A DNA stretch of 64,000 bases, taken from assembly GCA_017654855.1 (NCBI GenBank), contig CM030337.1, forward strand, positions 3,782,001 to 3,846,000. The letters are read 5' to 3'. The stretch is from Podospora anserina. Lineage: Eukaryota. Within the stretch, counting starts at the first letter, position 1; every line of letters starts with the position of its first letter. The position numbers and the translations under genes were made by a program. The notes beneath the pieces were generated by a model. The model was given only the letters and a program-made list of their open reading frames with translations, did not search any database and was not told the origin of the DNA. Positions 1 to 13,233 of this stretch are shown here, piece by piece.

Positions 1-734
1 CCTATTGAGAATTTCTTAAAGTAAAGTCAGCATCTAAAATACGCCTCAATACTGCTGAGCTCTCTACCAGGATCGACTATCTGTCCGTCTTACTGTCCTG
101 GGGAGCATACTGTGCATGCCCTGGCGGTGGCTTTGGATGTGTGATGGTACTCGGCTCATGTCAGGGCCATTCCTCTGGAGAGGCATGTCTTGACCTATCC
201 ACAGTGGCCGGATCACCTGCAACTGTCGAAGTGAAAGGAAGGATTAAGATTTAAGAGTGACATAGGTAGGTACCTACCTACCCCACCGGTTCCCATCGGT
301 CACATATTTAGAAAATCGGTGAATCTTTTCGCCGTATGAGGAAGGTCAAGTGTGGAAGTCAACCATCATTCAAGACCACATTTCCGCAATCACGGAAAGC
401 GACAACTCAGCCTGGGTTTTGGGACTGCTGGATCTGTCCGCAGCAGAGTGTTTGTTGTATGTGACGAAGGCTGCCTGAGGTGGTGGGCGAAGATGCCCTC
501 ATGATCTGGTCTGGCGGGAGGCCTCCATCTACATGTCGTCAGCAAGTAAAATGTTTGAAATCAACGTATAGTCAAGATTTGATTGTCATGAGTAAACTTG
601 GTGAGAAATCTCCGTTCTGCGCGCTACATGCCTAGTGAAATCGTATCGTCGTGAAACCCAAGCCCATACTGGAATTCCCATGAGAACCTCTATCATATGA
701 ACTCCAAAATACAAAATCCGTTTCCTATGCTGCC

Positions 735-1585
735 TCACATCAAATCACACTGACCATTATCTGCCACGACCCTGAAGACTTTTGAATCGGGGACGTATTT
801 CATGGCGTGTAGTGTCAACATCTCCTCCTCGCCAGCCACTTGAATATGAAACGTGCCCACAAGGCTGAACCCCAGCCAGGTGTATAGGCTGTGGCCCATG
901 GGACTGGCCATGACTGAAATATCTTTCAGGCGCTCTTGATGAACCATCTTCATCCCCCATTTGCAGAGCGAGGAGGCATGACCACGTCGCTGAAACTCGG
1001 GCAACGTGGCAAGAATCTGGAGGTGAATCTGGTCGGGCCCGATCTTGCCAAAGAACATCTTGTAGGCTCGGATTTGACCCTTCCAGAACTCCTGAAAGTG
1101 CTTGTGGTTCGCGTCCCGGCGTGCCCTGCCTCCCTGCCTTTCCACCTCGGTGACAGCTGTTTGGTTCGGTGTATTAGTGTGACGCTTCTACGTATAGTTT
1201 ATTGTTACCTCTGGTGGGAGATCGAACGAGGTTTTCGGTGGGAGAAGTGAGCAAAGAACATGATGAAAGACTTGCGATCCTGGGTTACATAGCCGGGCCC
1301 GTATCGCTTCTTGTTGCGATAAGAAACGTCCCAGACGCTGAACGAGACCACCCGTCTATCCTCACAGCCTGTCTCCAGGCTGTCCTCCACTACCATGACC
1401 TGCCAGTCGTCGTAGGCCGGATCAAGAAAGTACTCGAATAGCAAGCGCGTGAATTTGTAGTGATCCTCAGGATACTCATGGCGATGCGGAAACCGATAAT
1501 CCCATTGCGGATCTAGCGGCATCGTTCTGATGATGACATCTGTAAGAGCCTCGATGTCGGTTGGGAGGCCGGGTCTGGGCTTCAT
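735..1585 (-). CDS. GNAT-family N-acetyltransferase (2 exons; GC-AG intron 1157-1275)
   Basis: ORFs 1205-1615 and 735-1145 join in frame via donor GCAAGT (1275) and acceptor CAG (1157), giving ...VTQDPVTEVERQGG... Acetyl-CoA motif A (LATLPEFQRRGHAS) and ASPMGHSLYTWLGF are present. ATG at 1585. Confidence 0.85.
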
Positions 1586-2598
1586 GGTGAGGCAGGGCAA
1601 TGTCAATATTGACAAGGAATAGTGAGGCTAGGTGCGTTTGCAAGTTTGTTGGCGTAGTGCTGCACGCTGGGAAAGAAGGAAAACCAATGAGCAAGGCGAC
1701 CGACCGGTCCCGGAGCTATGAAAGGGCGAAGCCGTCTTGAAAAAAAAAAAAAAAGCTTGAATGTGTCACAGCCTTAAAGCTGCCTGCTACTGCGCTGCCT
1801 CAAGAGCCTCATCGGCCAGCACCGCTCTTCTGAGGAGCCTGGCTTATGCCACGATGAGGTGTGGTGTGCGTCGCGGCAGATTAGCGTAAATTTCTGGTCA
1901 TCATGTGAAACACTAGAGAGCGCCGTGTTCGTGAAGAGCACCGGAAGGGTTGCTGTGTCTTCCTATTCCATCGTGAAGCAAACCCCTCTAGGTATTTTGG
2001 GCTGGGTTGGGGGCGTCTTCGTCATGTCTGAGCCTCGTCCGTGCAGTGGAAATTCTGCTTGGTAGCCGCAGAGATGGGGAATTGAAAAACGGCTTGTACT
2101 ACCTTACACAGCTAATTTGGGCATGGCACTTTTCGCGTGGTCCCCCCTCATGGTCCTGCGTAATCTGTATATGAGAGCCTGCCGTGTCGCTTTTGGTGTC
2201 TCTTGCCAGATCTTGGCTAACAATTATATCCTCGGGAGCCTCTTTTTAGGCGCGCATCGTGTTGTGAAGCCTGCATAAAATTGACGACGGCCGAATCAGC
2301 TTCGCGGTAGCCCTGCAGCTAGGCCGAGAACAGAAATGAGGTGAGCCAGAAGAGCAATCCCACGTTACCAGGGGACCGGGCTGGATGATTGGGCGCGCCA
2401 TTGCGGCCTCCAACGCCCATCCCCTTTTTCCCACCACGCCAAATGCCATCTGCCATCTCAAAGTGTCGCATCCCGCTACCCCGACACAGCATTTGCGGCA
2501 AACAACCCGCATCCTGGATTCCTGGATTATGACAAGCGTGCGATGCTGACGCGAATACGACTCGAGTCCTTTCCTTGTGCTTGTGTTCCTTGACATTG

Positions 2599-5124
2599 AT
2601 GAACATGGAGGATATGGTCACAGTCGTCGCCGTCGCCTCCGAGATGGACTCCCGTACCGGCAGCACAGATCTCGGCCCCGTGTTTCACTTCGGCGAAGCT
2701 GGCGATCACTCCCCCTTCTTCGACCCCGCCTTCGGTTCCTTGATTTTCTTTGACACATTCCACACGGCCTCCGACCGGCGAGACTACCCACTTGGCCCCG
2801 GACCAAGTGCTTATTCTGCGCTTGTGCCGTCGAACCATGCCTCCTTTGATACCCAGTTCCACGGCCCCGGGACCAAGATCATCGCGGCCCGAAATAGCGA
2901 CCACAACCCCGGCAACCCACAGTCTTATCCCGATGCGCCGCCTACCATCTACGCCGAGGGTCAACGAGCGGACATTTACGACTTTGAGTACCTCGAGTCG
3001 AATGTCGGCCCACCATTTGGAGGAGGCCCAATCATCGGCCAGACAACTCACCTTCCTCAATTGGAAGGTCCGTACAGCAATTGCGATGGCTTCTTAAGTC
3101 CGGATCTGAACTCATCCTTCGGCCCTCTGGCTCATGCTCTCTCTAATGGATACCATACCGGATCCAGCTCCGACTCCAGCCCCGGCCCCGACAGTCCAGT
3201 CCCAACTCTACTGGGAGTCTCTCCGTCGACCGAAGTCCGGCATAGGATCAATCCTAATTCAGCCTTTGACCTCGATACATCACGTCGTCCCTCGATAGCC
3301 AGTACCGAAATCAAATTCGAGCACAATACCGGAGCTAGTCCATCGCCGCGACCGCCGAACCGCAAAGGAGCAGCCAAGAACTCGGCAGGTTCGCTTGAGA
3401 TCATCTTGTATAAGCCGAGTGGGAAGCCAGATGGACGGCTCTCCAAGAAACGCCCTGCCTTTGACGAGGTCACCACTGGGAGCAGTACGCCCCAGACCCT
3501 CCGTCGAATATCGCTGGAAGATGAGAGTGGCCAGGTGAAGGCTACCATGACTACGTTTGGGAAACGCCCCAGAATCCGGACTCCTTTTGACGAAGAAAAA
3601 CGCCGACGCACAGCCCTCGCTCGGAAGGAAGGTGTATGTGCGCGATGCAAGAGGTCAAAGAGACAGGTTTGTGGCCGATACCCCACGGGATTCCTTGGGT
3701 CCACATCGTTAATACTAACCTGGTTCTCAGTGTGATCTCGCCGCCAAAGGCCTCTATGTCAGCTGTACCCTGTGCACGTGCACCAAGATCTACAAGAATG
3801 TCCCTCGCATGCCTTGCTTCCGATCCACCTTGGTCGACATCATGTTCTTCCGTGCCGGTATGAGCGCGGTTTCCTCGGCTCAGAGAGTGCCATGGACTGA
3901 CACCTTTCTAGGTCCTGCAGCCAACGAGCCATTGTTCACCAGACGTCTTGTCGAGTTTAAGCTCGAAGATATTTCCGCCCCCGATGTCCCTGTCCGTACG
4001 CTGAAACTTAGTCAAAGAATGGGTCACCATCGTTTGACCGTGTATGCCTCCGAGTTCAAGCCAGAGCCCACCGATAAACTCTCGTATTACTGGAAAGATT
4101 CAGCCGGAATGATTCACGAGATGAAGATACCACCGTTTACCCTCACCAATCTGAACAAAGTTCACGCCCATTTCCGGCAATACATTGACGCCGCCAAAGG
4201 GTCCTATCTCGAATCGTTGAGGGGTCAGCAGGATGACGGTTTGACTTGGAAGACTGTTTCAACGGCAATGGAATATGCACGGAGAAAACCGGTATGTCCA
4301 TAACAGTTCGTTCCCATTTTTGTCGCGTGGCTAACGACAGTAGGACTCTCTCGTTGCCGATACTCTCGATATGTGGGCCGTTTCCCGAATGATCGAAATC
4401 CCATGGGAGATATGCGGAGAATGGACAGACACGCTCGGCATGTCACCGGTCCAGAATCCTGAGAACCCACACAAGGGCAAGATCCCGATCCCACCGATCA
4501 TGGACACGCTTCTTGATCAGATTGTCATCAGGCAGTTTCTGCAGCCGTTGCGTGAACGGGTGATCAAGAAGTTCGAGCAGCTGATCAGCCCAGCACGGCC
4601 GGAAGTGTGGTTCGAAGTGTACCTGTCTGCTTTTATCATCCTCAACCACATTGAGAGACTGGCTAAACATTCGGCATCCCATGCGAGACTCCACAGCATG
4701 CCGGTATGTGTGACCATAACTGCCTCTGTGGATGTATAGCTAACAGTGCCGACAGACCAAGTACTCCAACACTTCGTTCCTCGAAGGGGCATTTCACACC
4801 GCCAAGGTCATCCTCTCGCGCTTCCACTTTGTGTGCAACGGGTCTGCGCCCCTGCGGCTGGACTGGAAGAAGGAGAAGACTGCAGAGCTGGCCAAGCTGC
4901 AGCCGAAGGAGGTTGCTCTGATGGAGGAGACACAGGCCATCATACGACGCAAAGGTATGCATTTTCGAAACAATGCAGTGACATGCCTCATGACTAACGA
5001 TTTCTCAGAGAATGATGTTTTGAGCCTGCGAAAGACGCACCAGTACGAAAGTCCACTCTACTGGTGCCATCAGCTGTATTTTGAGGACTGGGACACCTCC
5101 CCGGTGCATATTGTCGGGGAATGA
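2599..5124 (+). CDS. Fungal transcription factor with atypical internal Zn(II)2Cys6-like cluster (about 6 exons)
   Basis: Splicing intron 3667-3731 gives CARC-x6-C-x10-CTLC-x13-C, preceded by basic RRRTALARK. Further GT-AG introns at about 3859-3912, 4292-4342, 4704-4755 and 4954-5008 link the ORF pieces to the stop at 5124. Start is ATG 2599 or 2605. Confidence 0.75.
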
Positions 5125-5617
5125 ACCCGACAGGAGGCTTTTATCATGTTTTATACCCATGAAGCAATTCACCTAGCAAGCGAAGGAGTTTTGGAAAGTA
5201 ATACGGGTAATATTTTGGATTTTATAGGGGATGAACTGTTGATATTGGTTGCTCTATATACGATTTTCAGCAACATAGGGGCTTAGACCTTTTTTTTTTT
5301 TTTTAATTATTAACGATGCACATACTTTAGGACCTTTGTGGAAGACGCTGGATTAGTCGCTGTGAAAGCTGTTACTTGAGGCTTGAAAGTGGGACGACAA
5401 AGAGCCCCTGAGAAGACCCCGAGAAGAGCCGCTTTTATGAACTGGACAAACGAAATGTATAGAATTGCTAACGATTGAACACTAGCAGATCCACAGGTTA
5501 TCCAATGAAAGAAACACCAATTCCTCCATGCTGAGTTTGACAATCTTGATGCCCTCTCACCCACCTCACCCAGGTCCCACCCCTTATACCTCATGATATC
5601 GCTCTTCCTCTCACCAA

Positions 5618-6179
5618 CTAACAACAATTGCTCTGACACCGATCAAGACTGATCACTCCACATTAGCATCTCCCGACATCAACCCCACACAGAGAGGAGG
5701 ACCGGGTGGGGGGTTGGAATAACTTACCAAAGCATGCAAGGCGCAAAGTTGTCCACCGTGAAGTCCTTTGCGCAGTTGACACAGGCCAGCTCCTCCTTGT
5801 AGCAGGCGTCGCAGCTGGAAAATTCGCAGGCGTCTCTCTTGTTGACGGGTATCCTCTTGTCGTCGATGCCGGTTATAACCCCAGCTCCTGCCGGCGTTTG
5901 CGGTTTTGGGTAGATGAGATCTCTCTTGTCGGATTGGGAGTCCATGATGCTGTTGGATGTGACTCTTGTGGGGTCTATGCCGGATAACACCCCGGCTCCT
6001 GCCGGGTTTTCTGGTTTGGGGTTTATAAAGTATCGCTTGCCGTTGGTGAAGTGGTTGTTGCCGGACTGGGAGGGGCCAAATCGACCGCCGGAGAGCATTC
6101 GCATCCGCTGCTCGGAGATGGTGTGGGAGAGGGTGGGGGTGAGGAGGGTGAGGAAGGGGATGAGGGTGGGGAGATGCAT
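5618..6179 (-). CDS. Secreted Kex2-type (KR-delimited) repeat precursor with Cys-rich C-terminal peptide
   Basis: ATG 6179 and signal peptide MHLPTLIPFLTLLTPTLS. Four KR sites and two PKP-x2-PAGAGV-x2-GID repeats. Intron 5649-5727 (GTAAGT...GCTAAT...CAG) adds exon LDRCQSNCC*. Confidence 0.8.
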
Positions 6180-7161
6180 TTTGGTGGTTGGTTTGGACTG
6201 AACGTGGGAAGAATTGAAATTGAAGTTGACCTTGGTGTTTTGAGAAGATGAAATCGTTTGTGATGAGAGAGGTGATGAAAACGAAGAGGAAAGACAGGGG
6301 GTCTTTGTAGTTTCTGTCACTACCTCGTGGCAAGGGGTCCTCGGCTTCGGGTGTATACAACATGTCAACGCGTGTTGTGTTCGTTCGGACTTGCTGTCAA
6401 GTCTCCTCCGTGCATCCAAATGACTGGCGTTGTGCCTCCTGTCAAGGCTTCTCCGTGTTTCCAAATGACCAGGCTGATGAAGCTATGCGCTGGTGACACC
6501 ATTGACGTTTCCGTAGAATGACCTTTTGCACAACACTTCCACACTGTACCTTACCTTAGTTCATTCATCTTACAAGACCGTCAATCGCGTGGCGGTTGTT
6601 CGGCTCGGGGAATACCTCTTTTCCCTTGTTCAATACAGCAACTGCCAGCTGTCTTTTGCCATCATTGTGCGATCATGTCAAACGTCACGACACACTGTAC
6701 AAGTGTGGCACTCCACCAACGCACCTTGAGTCGGAGACATTGTAGGTAGCAGAAATCCCGCAATCTGGATTCAGCTTCCAACCTACCCCAGATTCCAGAG
6801 GTGGCAACAAAGCTGTGTTGTCTGAAGGCAGGAGGCCATGTTTGATTCCTCCCTGTATGGTACAGGTCAGAGCTTGTCCACGTCCTCAGGACTTTCATTC
6901 TCTACAGTGATGCTTTCTCTCCGGACGTTTCTCCAGTTGTGCAAAGTCACACATCTTGGTCACCTTGGATCGGAACGGGAAGGGTGAAGCTCGAGAGTCT
7001 GTTTGCCCATCGAGCCGGTTCGAGAAGTGCATGTAAAACAATGTAAGATTTTAGGGGTCCGGTATCCGCGAAACAGACTCGATGAACTCATGATAGGTTG
7101 TTGGTAAATATAGACGTTATCTTTGACAGAGAGAGTTCCTGACACCTTGTCCGCGATCCAC

Positions 7162-10100
7162 CTAGGTGGGTAGTTGCATCATGGGATCTGCTCGGTCCCA
7201 CACAAATTTATTCCGGTCCGGGGTTCCCAGATCGGCGCCGGCCTCTTGAAGAAGAGTGCAAATCTCGTCGAAGCCCTCTTGCTTCGCGATATCCAGAGGT
7301 GTGTAACCTGCCTCATCCTTCCGGCTCAATTGATTCCCATCCATGTCTGGACTCTCTGCACCCGTGAACCTTTCTATCAAGACCTTGACAAAGTCTGTGT
7401 TGCCGCGTGCCACAGCCATGTGAAGAGGCGTGAGTCCGTTTATGTCTGCCCAGGTTATCCAATCAAGCACCAAATCTCTGTCAACAGGCAATAGCTCGAA
7501 TATTTCCATATTTCCTGACCAAATAGCAAAATGAATATATCGCCAATGTTCCTGTACCGGAAGCCAATACTCGTCTCTTCCCCACCATTGGCTCACGGCT
7601 GTCAAGATTGCCCTCGTTGCCTCGACGTGTCCTCCCAGAATGGCTCTGTGTAAGGGTGTAAAGCCCCTGTGATCACGGGAACTGAACCATTTCTTCGCGA
7701 CACGAGTAGGCTTGAACCGCCGAAGCTTCTCGATGTGATTGACCAGCCCCATTTCGGCTGCACAGTGAAGTGGTGTTGACAAGTCAAGGGCTGATTCACT
7801 GTCATACTCGTTTGCATTGCTGTGCTCCAGGATATGATCCAAAAGCCGACCCGCGTTGGGGTTCTTTGCCGCATAATGTAACGGTGTCCACCCTATCAGG
7901 TCACGGGTGTCAATCATGCTTGGTGCTATCTTTAAAGCCTCAAGTGCCGCTGGGAAGCGCGGATCTGTATTCGAAGCCATGAGCGCGGCGGCATAATGGA
8001 GAACCTTCCATCCCCAAATGTCCCCTTCACTGATGTCCTTTCCCTCGAGGAGTGCAGCATTCATCTCGTCTTGAGAGCCGCTTCTGAAAGCTTGGTGTAG
8101 CGTGCTATGTTGGCAATACCGCAGCATGCGACGAGAGTATTCCTTCCCCTTTTCTCCTCTCCGGACATTTACGTACAAGGGCCAAGCTCGTATATGATGG
8201 TCAGGATCGAGACGATTCTGCCAGATGTAGGATAGCATCCAGTAAGCAAGATCCTTGGCGTCGTTATAACTCCAATTCTCAACGGCATGCATCGTTTCTT
8301 TAGAGTATGGTAGTCGAAAAGGCCTCATCTTGCGGTATTCGAAATGAAAAAGCTTGCCCTCATTGCCACTTTGGAAGCTCTTACATGGTATCAGGTTGAC
8401 ACAGCTCCATAGTAAGGCCGATGTCCGTTTCCTGAGACCTGCGCGAAGAAAGCTTGGGGCATGTTCGAAGTGGACGACAGATTCCTTATCCCGAAATCGA
8501 GAAAGAAGCCTGGGTACCACCTCATCGCAGCGTCGTTGATGATGGGCACTCAGTAACATATTGCGGAGAACCGTCTCAGGCTTTGCGAGATTGTTGTTTT
8601 TGCTGAGTGAGGGAATGATTGCCAAGTACGCTTCCTTTGGCGTAAAGAGCTGGATCTCCTGCAAGAAATCAACCAGGTTGGAGACGTTGATGTTGCTTAA
8701 CATTCCACTCAAGTGATCTCCGGACTTTTCTTCCCACCATGTCGAATCATCGTTTGATATCTCGGGAACAACATGGGATAGCCCCTGCATGAAAACTGCA
8801 TAGATATGCTGTGTGTACAAGGATGGCAAAGATGTCGACATCTCTGCCGCGATGAGCTCGGGCTTTTTTTCGGCGTTCCATAGACTGCCTTGTACCAAAT
8901 AGGAACTCGAATGTGCGCTGCCTCCGAAACCAACTACACGGGGTGCTGAGACTTTGCGAACTTGTGATGTGGAGCCCGATGACGAGTCGGATGAGTTGGA
9001 TGAGCCGGGCGAACTCGATGAGGGCCTTGATTCGTCTCTGTTCTCCGTAGGAGCGGCAGGACTGGCCGATGAATTCGTTGCTGGGCTCTCAACTTTGGTC
9101 GAGACAACAACCGAGCTAGCGATATTTGCAGGAAGCCAGTAGTAAAGGTCCCTGGCAAGACGGTATGACCATTGATCAAGTATAATAAGGCCGGGCTCTT
9201 TACCCATCAGCCACTGATCTGCCTGCGTTGGTTTGGCGTCCGAAGGCCCGCTTTCACCGAGAACGTTGGGTGCTGCATTTCTCACGGAGAAAAGCCATAA
9301 CGACAAAGCTGCTTCAAAGACACTGCCTAACTGGGTAGCCTGCCACTTTCCATGCTTTCTCTCGGCTCGCATCTCGATTGTTCGGTTGTTGAAAGCTTGA
9401 TGTTGCCATGTGAATTCATCTTCATCTTTCAGCAGCAGATCCAGCGTTTTCTCAATCGCGCTAACGAGTTTGATGGCTTCGACAGCTCCGACTCGAGGCC
9501 AATGAGATGGGAGCCCGACCAAAGAAGCGAGGCTAGCTCGTGTCTGAAACAGTCCCTTACTGTTCATTTTAGCCGTCAAGTCGAGACTTTTGTCTTCTGA
9601 GGAACCTGGAGGCATATTTTCCACGTCCAAGCTTTCCTCTATATCACCGTAGGGCCCAAGGTTAGAAGCGACCCAATCAAGCTCGAAGCCCGGATCCAAA
9701 GGGATGGCGTGGAACGAGCTGTCTGACTCTCTGCGAGCCCAGGCTCGGATAGCTGTCATGGCCAACGTTGCGATCAACTGAGCAAGCGCAGCGGACCAAC
9801 TCATACCCCGAAGACCAATGAACTGTACGACAAAACCGACAAGTCCTATTGAGACTCCAATGATTGTTTCTGTTTGGCGGAAAGCTTCAAGACCTTCATT
9901 GATGATTTGACCTTTGTTCGTTTTCGTGCGTCTACTGACAGTATCGGCGCGTCGAGAGGTTCGCAAGACAAATGGATCTCTGTCAGCGTAAAGTGCGTAT
10001 GACCCAAAGGTCTGATCGCTGACCGTTGCCGCCCTCTGGATCCAAAGTAAACGCCCGCTCGTCTTGCCCCCCGCTCTAAACTCTGTTTCGATGGTTCTCG

Positions 10101-11063
10101 ACTCCACCACGTGAGCGCAGAGAGTGAGCCCGACAACTAACAGCAATGTCCCGCTTAGGGTACAGGGAAACGCGTAGCGCTCGGCCGGCTCTTCGTCCTT
10201 GAGTAAAATAGAGCCAGGCTCATGAGGCCAGTACGCAGTCCAGCCACAGAAGGCAAGGACCGCAAACTGGAGCATCGTGCCAAAGACCGCCATCAGACCG
10301 AGTTCGAATTTGGTGCTCCCATGAAGGTTCAAACTGATGTTTGGAGCTGCACCCGACTTCTCGACCAGGAGGAAAGAGTTCTGCGGTTGGCCACTTGATT
10401 CTTCAAGCTTGAGGAGCGGCTCGCAGACCCCTGTCTCGTCCAGGTTAATCTGTCTCTCTCTGTGACGGTTCGGTGATAGCATAGCGAGGAACGACCGCAA
10501 GAAACTTTTCGATGATGTCTCCTCTAACTCTGGATGTTGGAGGACAGACCACACGACGTCTGTTGTTTTGGGTGACGTGGAGGGCAGTATCATGAACTGG
10601 TGGACGGGCCCTGTTCCAGCTACGCGTACCAGACCTTGACCATTCCACAGCTCGCTGACATCTGGTGAAGTTGAAGACATCAATTCCATCTCAGCGCTTG
10701 CCATTGGCTCCCGGCTTCTTCCGATAATTCTTTTCATCCAAAGCGGACCACCCACGCGAATAGCGGCGACGATGATGGTGACTATGCCGAGTGGTGCCAT
10801 CGCCAAGATGACATTGTCTGCCCACCCTAGTGATCCGGTCATGAACTGTTCGGTCACACGCTCGCCAAAAAGGGAGAGAAGTCTGTTGCTTATTCAGTAC
10901 TCGAACCGTGAAAAACAATCAAGACAGATTCAGGGTTGGCATACGGGCCGAGATCACTTATCAAATCATTCGTGAAGTCCTCCGGAGTGCTCGCTGCTGT
11001 TGCAACTTGAACCAAAGACAGCAACCAGGCCCATACAAGGGGCGCACTTCCGATAGCTGCCAT
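7162..11063 (-). CDS. Signal-peptide/multi-TM protein with C-terminal ankyrin repeats (~1280 aa)
   Basis: Exon 1 (11063-10945, MAAIGSAPLVWAWLLSLVQVATAA...DLGP) is spliced via intron 10883-10944 to the 1231-aa ORF. Hydrophobic segments lie in the N-terminal ~400 aa. Ankyrin motifs GWTPLHYAA, TPLHCAA, GFTPLHRAI, GLTPLHMAV, GYTPLDIA. Confidence 0.85.
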
Positions 11064-11831
11064 CCTCGTCTGCGTAACTCGATGTCCCGAAACCAACGCA
11101 GGACTGAAAACAAATTTGAGTAGGTTGATCACCCAAATGGTGAAGGGAAAGTCTTGTGAGAAATCAGAAATAAAGAACAGGAAAACGATTATGTAGAGTC
11201 TGGACATGGTCTGGTATGATGTCAAAGATTCAGTCGAGAGCATTCAGCCCGCCCCAAATTGGCCCGGCTATCCCCTTCAAGAGGGTGGCTTGATGACAAG
11301 CGGCGAGCTGGCGGCTGTTAATTGGTCCCAATGCTATTGACAGCAGCTGATGAACGAAGTGGCTGCTAGGGGAGGGAGAAAACCAAGATCAATTGGACTG
11401 GCTTACCGGCCGAAAACAACCTTGACACCAAAAAGCCGATCAAGCGCCAACTTTTAGATCTTTTCCTTTTTCTTTCCGGCCTCTTTGTCTTAGATACGAG
11501 GTTGATGACTTTCAGCTTGAGATTAGGGTTAAGGGTAGCCCCTGAATCCCCCCTGAAGGCATTGCAGCGCACAGACATCACACATCAGACCGACCAGTTT
11601 GACGAGACTGTACAACAAACAAGTCATTAAAATAGAAGGTAAACTATCAAGAACTGTTAATCATGATGTAAAAAGAAAACGAAAAAGGAAAAGCTCTCGT
11701 GTACTCCCAAATCCCCAGATCACCGAACAAGACGCAAACACGAGACCAAAAAAAAGCAAGCGAGCGACCAGCACAGCACCATCTCCCCTCTCCCCCCCAC
11801 AACACCCCCAAAGCACCCACAAACCTAGCAC

Positions 11832-13233
11832 TCAAGCACAGCTAGCCCGTCTATACTTGACCCTCAGCTCGGGCGGGCTCCTCTCAATATCCCACACCCT
11901 CTTAGCCCTCCACTCATGATCCCCATAACACTCCCAGCTCAACCTCTCCAGCTCCCTCGGCGTCTTCCACATCAGCTCCTCATTCCTCAACCAAAGCCTC
12001 AACATGTGCCTCCTCTGCTCCCCTTCATCATGAAAGCTGCTCCTCGCGTGCAGCATCGCAAAATTGTTGAAAATCATCATGTCCCCCTTCTGCAACTTGA
12101 TCTCCACCTTGTGCTTCTGCGCCGCAAAAAACACGGCATCCAATGCCTCGGCTTGTATCTCGGTCATGGCAGGGACGTCGGGGTGGTGCGGGCTAAAGTG
12201 GGAGCCGGTGAGGGGACGGCGGGAGAATTGAAACGCGGGGCCTTGGCCCTCGAAATTAAAGAGGAGAGGACGGGTGTGGTATTGGCCCTGCCAGAACTCG
12301 TCAAAGATCCAGTCGTCTTTGATGAGGGTGTGGATAATGTCCGGGCGGGTGGCGGCGAGCTCGTTGTAGATTTGGGCTGAGGAGGCGAGGAAGGACTCGC
12401 CGCCGTATCTGGCAGTGTTGAGGGCGTAGAGGGAGAGAATGTCGCAGAGGTCGGTGTGGAAGGGCTGTTTGTTGATGTAGGTTAGCACCAACCTAGAGAT
12501 GCATGGGGTCAGAGAAAGAAGGCATTAATACCTGAGCGCGAGCAACATAGGGGCTGTTGGGCATGGCACCGTGTTTCTTCACGTCTTCGACCACAGCCTG
12601 GATGTGAAGGATCATGCGGCCGTCAAAGTCCTGCATGCCTCGTTTCTCGGCGATGTACGAGGTCACGCCAAGGTAGACGAGAATGTTCTCCATGTTGGTC
12701 CACTTGTCCGGCTGGAGACCTCGCAAAACGACAAATCCGCGGCCGTTGTGAATCTCCTGGGCAATGGCCTCGAGTCTTTCCTCGAGACCGGGCAGGGGGA
12801 AGGTCTCCTTGGAAACATCATCAGGGCCGAGATCGCCGGGAAGAGCTGTTAAGTTCCATGTTAGTGATGTCATGCGTGATGGAAAGTTTGATGTTGACAT
12901 ACACTTGAAGTGAACCAGTGCCTCGTCAATCTCGGCCAGGTCAGCTTGGTCAAACTGGACAATATATTCTTTGCCATCGTCAGAGAAGTCACTACCGGAC
13001 CAGGCCCGTGCCATGTTAAGCTGGGTCGGCCAGCCGGCCGGAACGGTGGTGGGGCGATCAGGGTAGAGAAGCTTGAGGGCCTCGACGCGGTTGAGGAAGA
13101 CCTTGCGGTCAGGAAACCAAGAGATATCAGGACGCGGGATATCTCCGGGAGCAGGGGCCGGGGTAAGATCTTTGTTGGTGGAGAGCTTGGGGGCTAGGGC
13201 CAAGGGGCAGGCTTGGGGCATGGTGGTGGTCAT
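11832..13233 (-). CDS. TauD/TfdA (clavaminate-synthase-like) Fe(II)/2-oxoglutarate dioxygenase
   Basis: GRGFVVLRGL, HxD iron motif FHTDLCD, distal LHARSSF and RHMLRLWL. Introns at about 12849-12902 and 12465-12531. Confidence 0.9.

Noticed and set aside
263-280. Perfect 18-bp palindrome TAGGTAGGTACCTACCTA
   Set aside because: Head-to-head TAGG/CCTA simple repeats. Similar motifs recur in the window (e.g. near 61412), and there is no evidence of a specific function.
11523-11537. Telomere-like TTAGGG motifs (also near 31336 and 34856)
   Set aside because: Only 1-2 units each, so not an interstitial telomere array.
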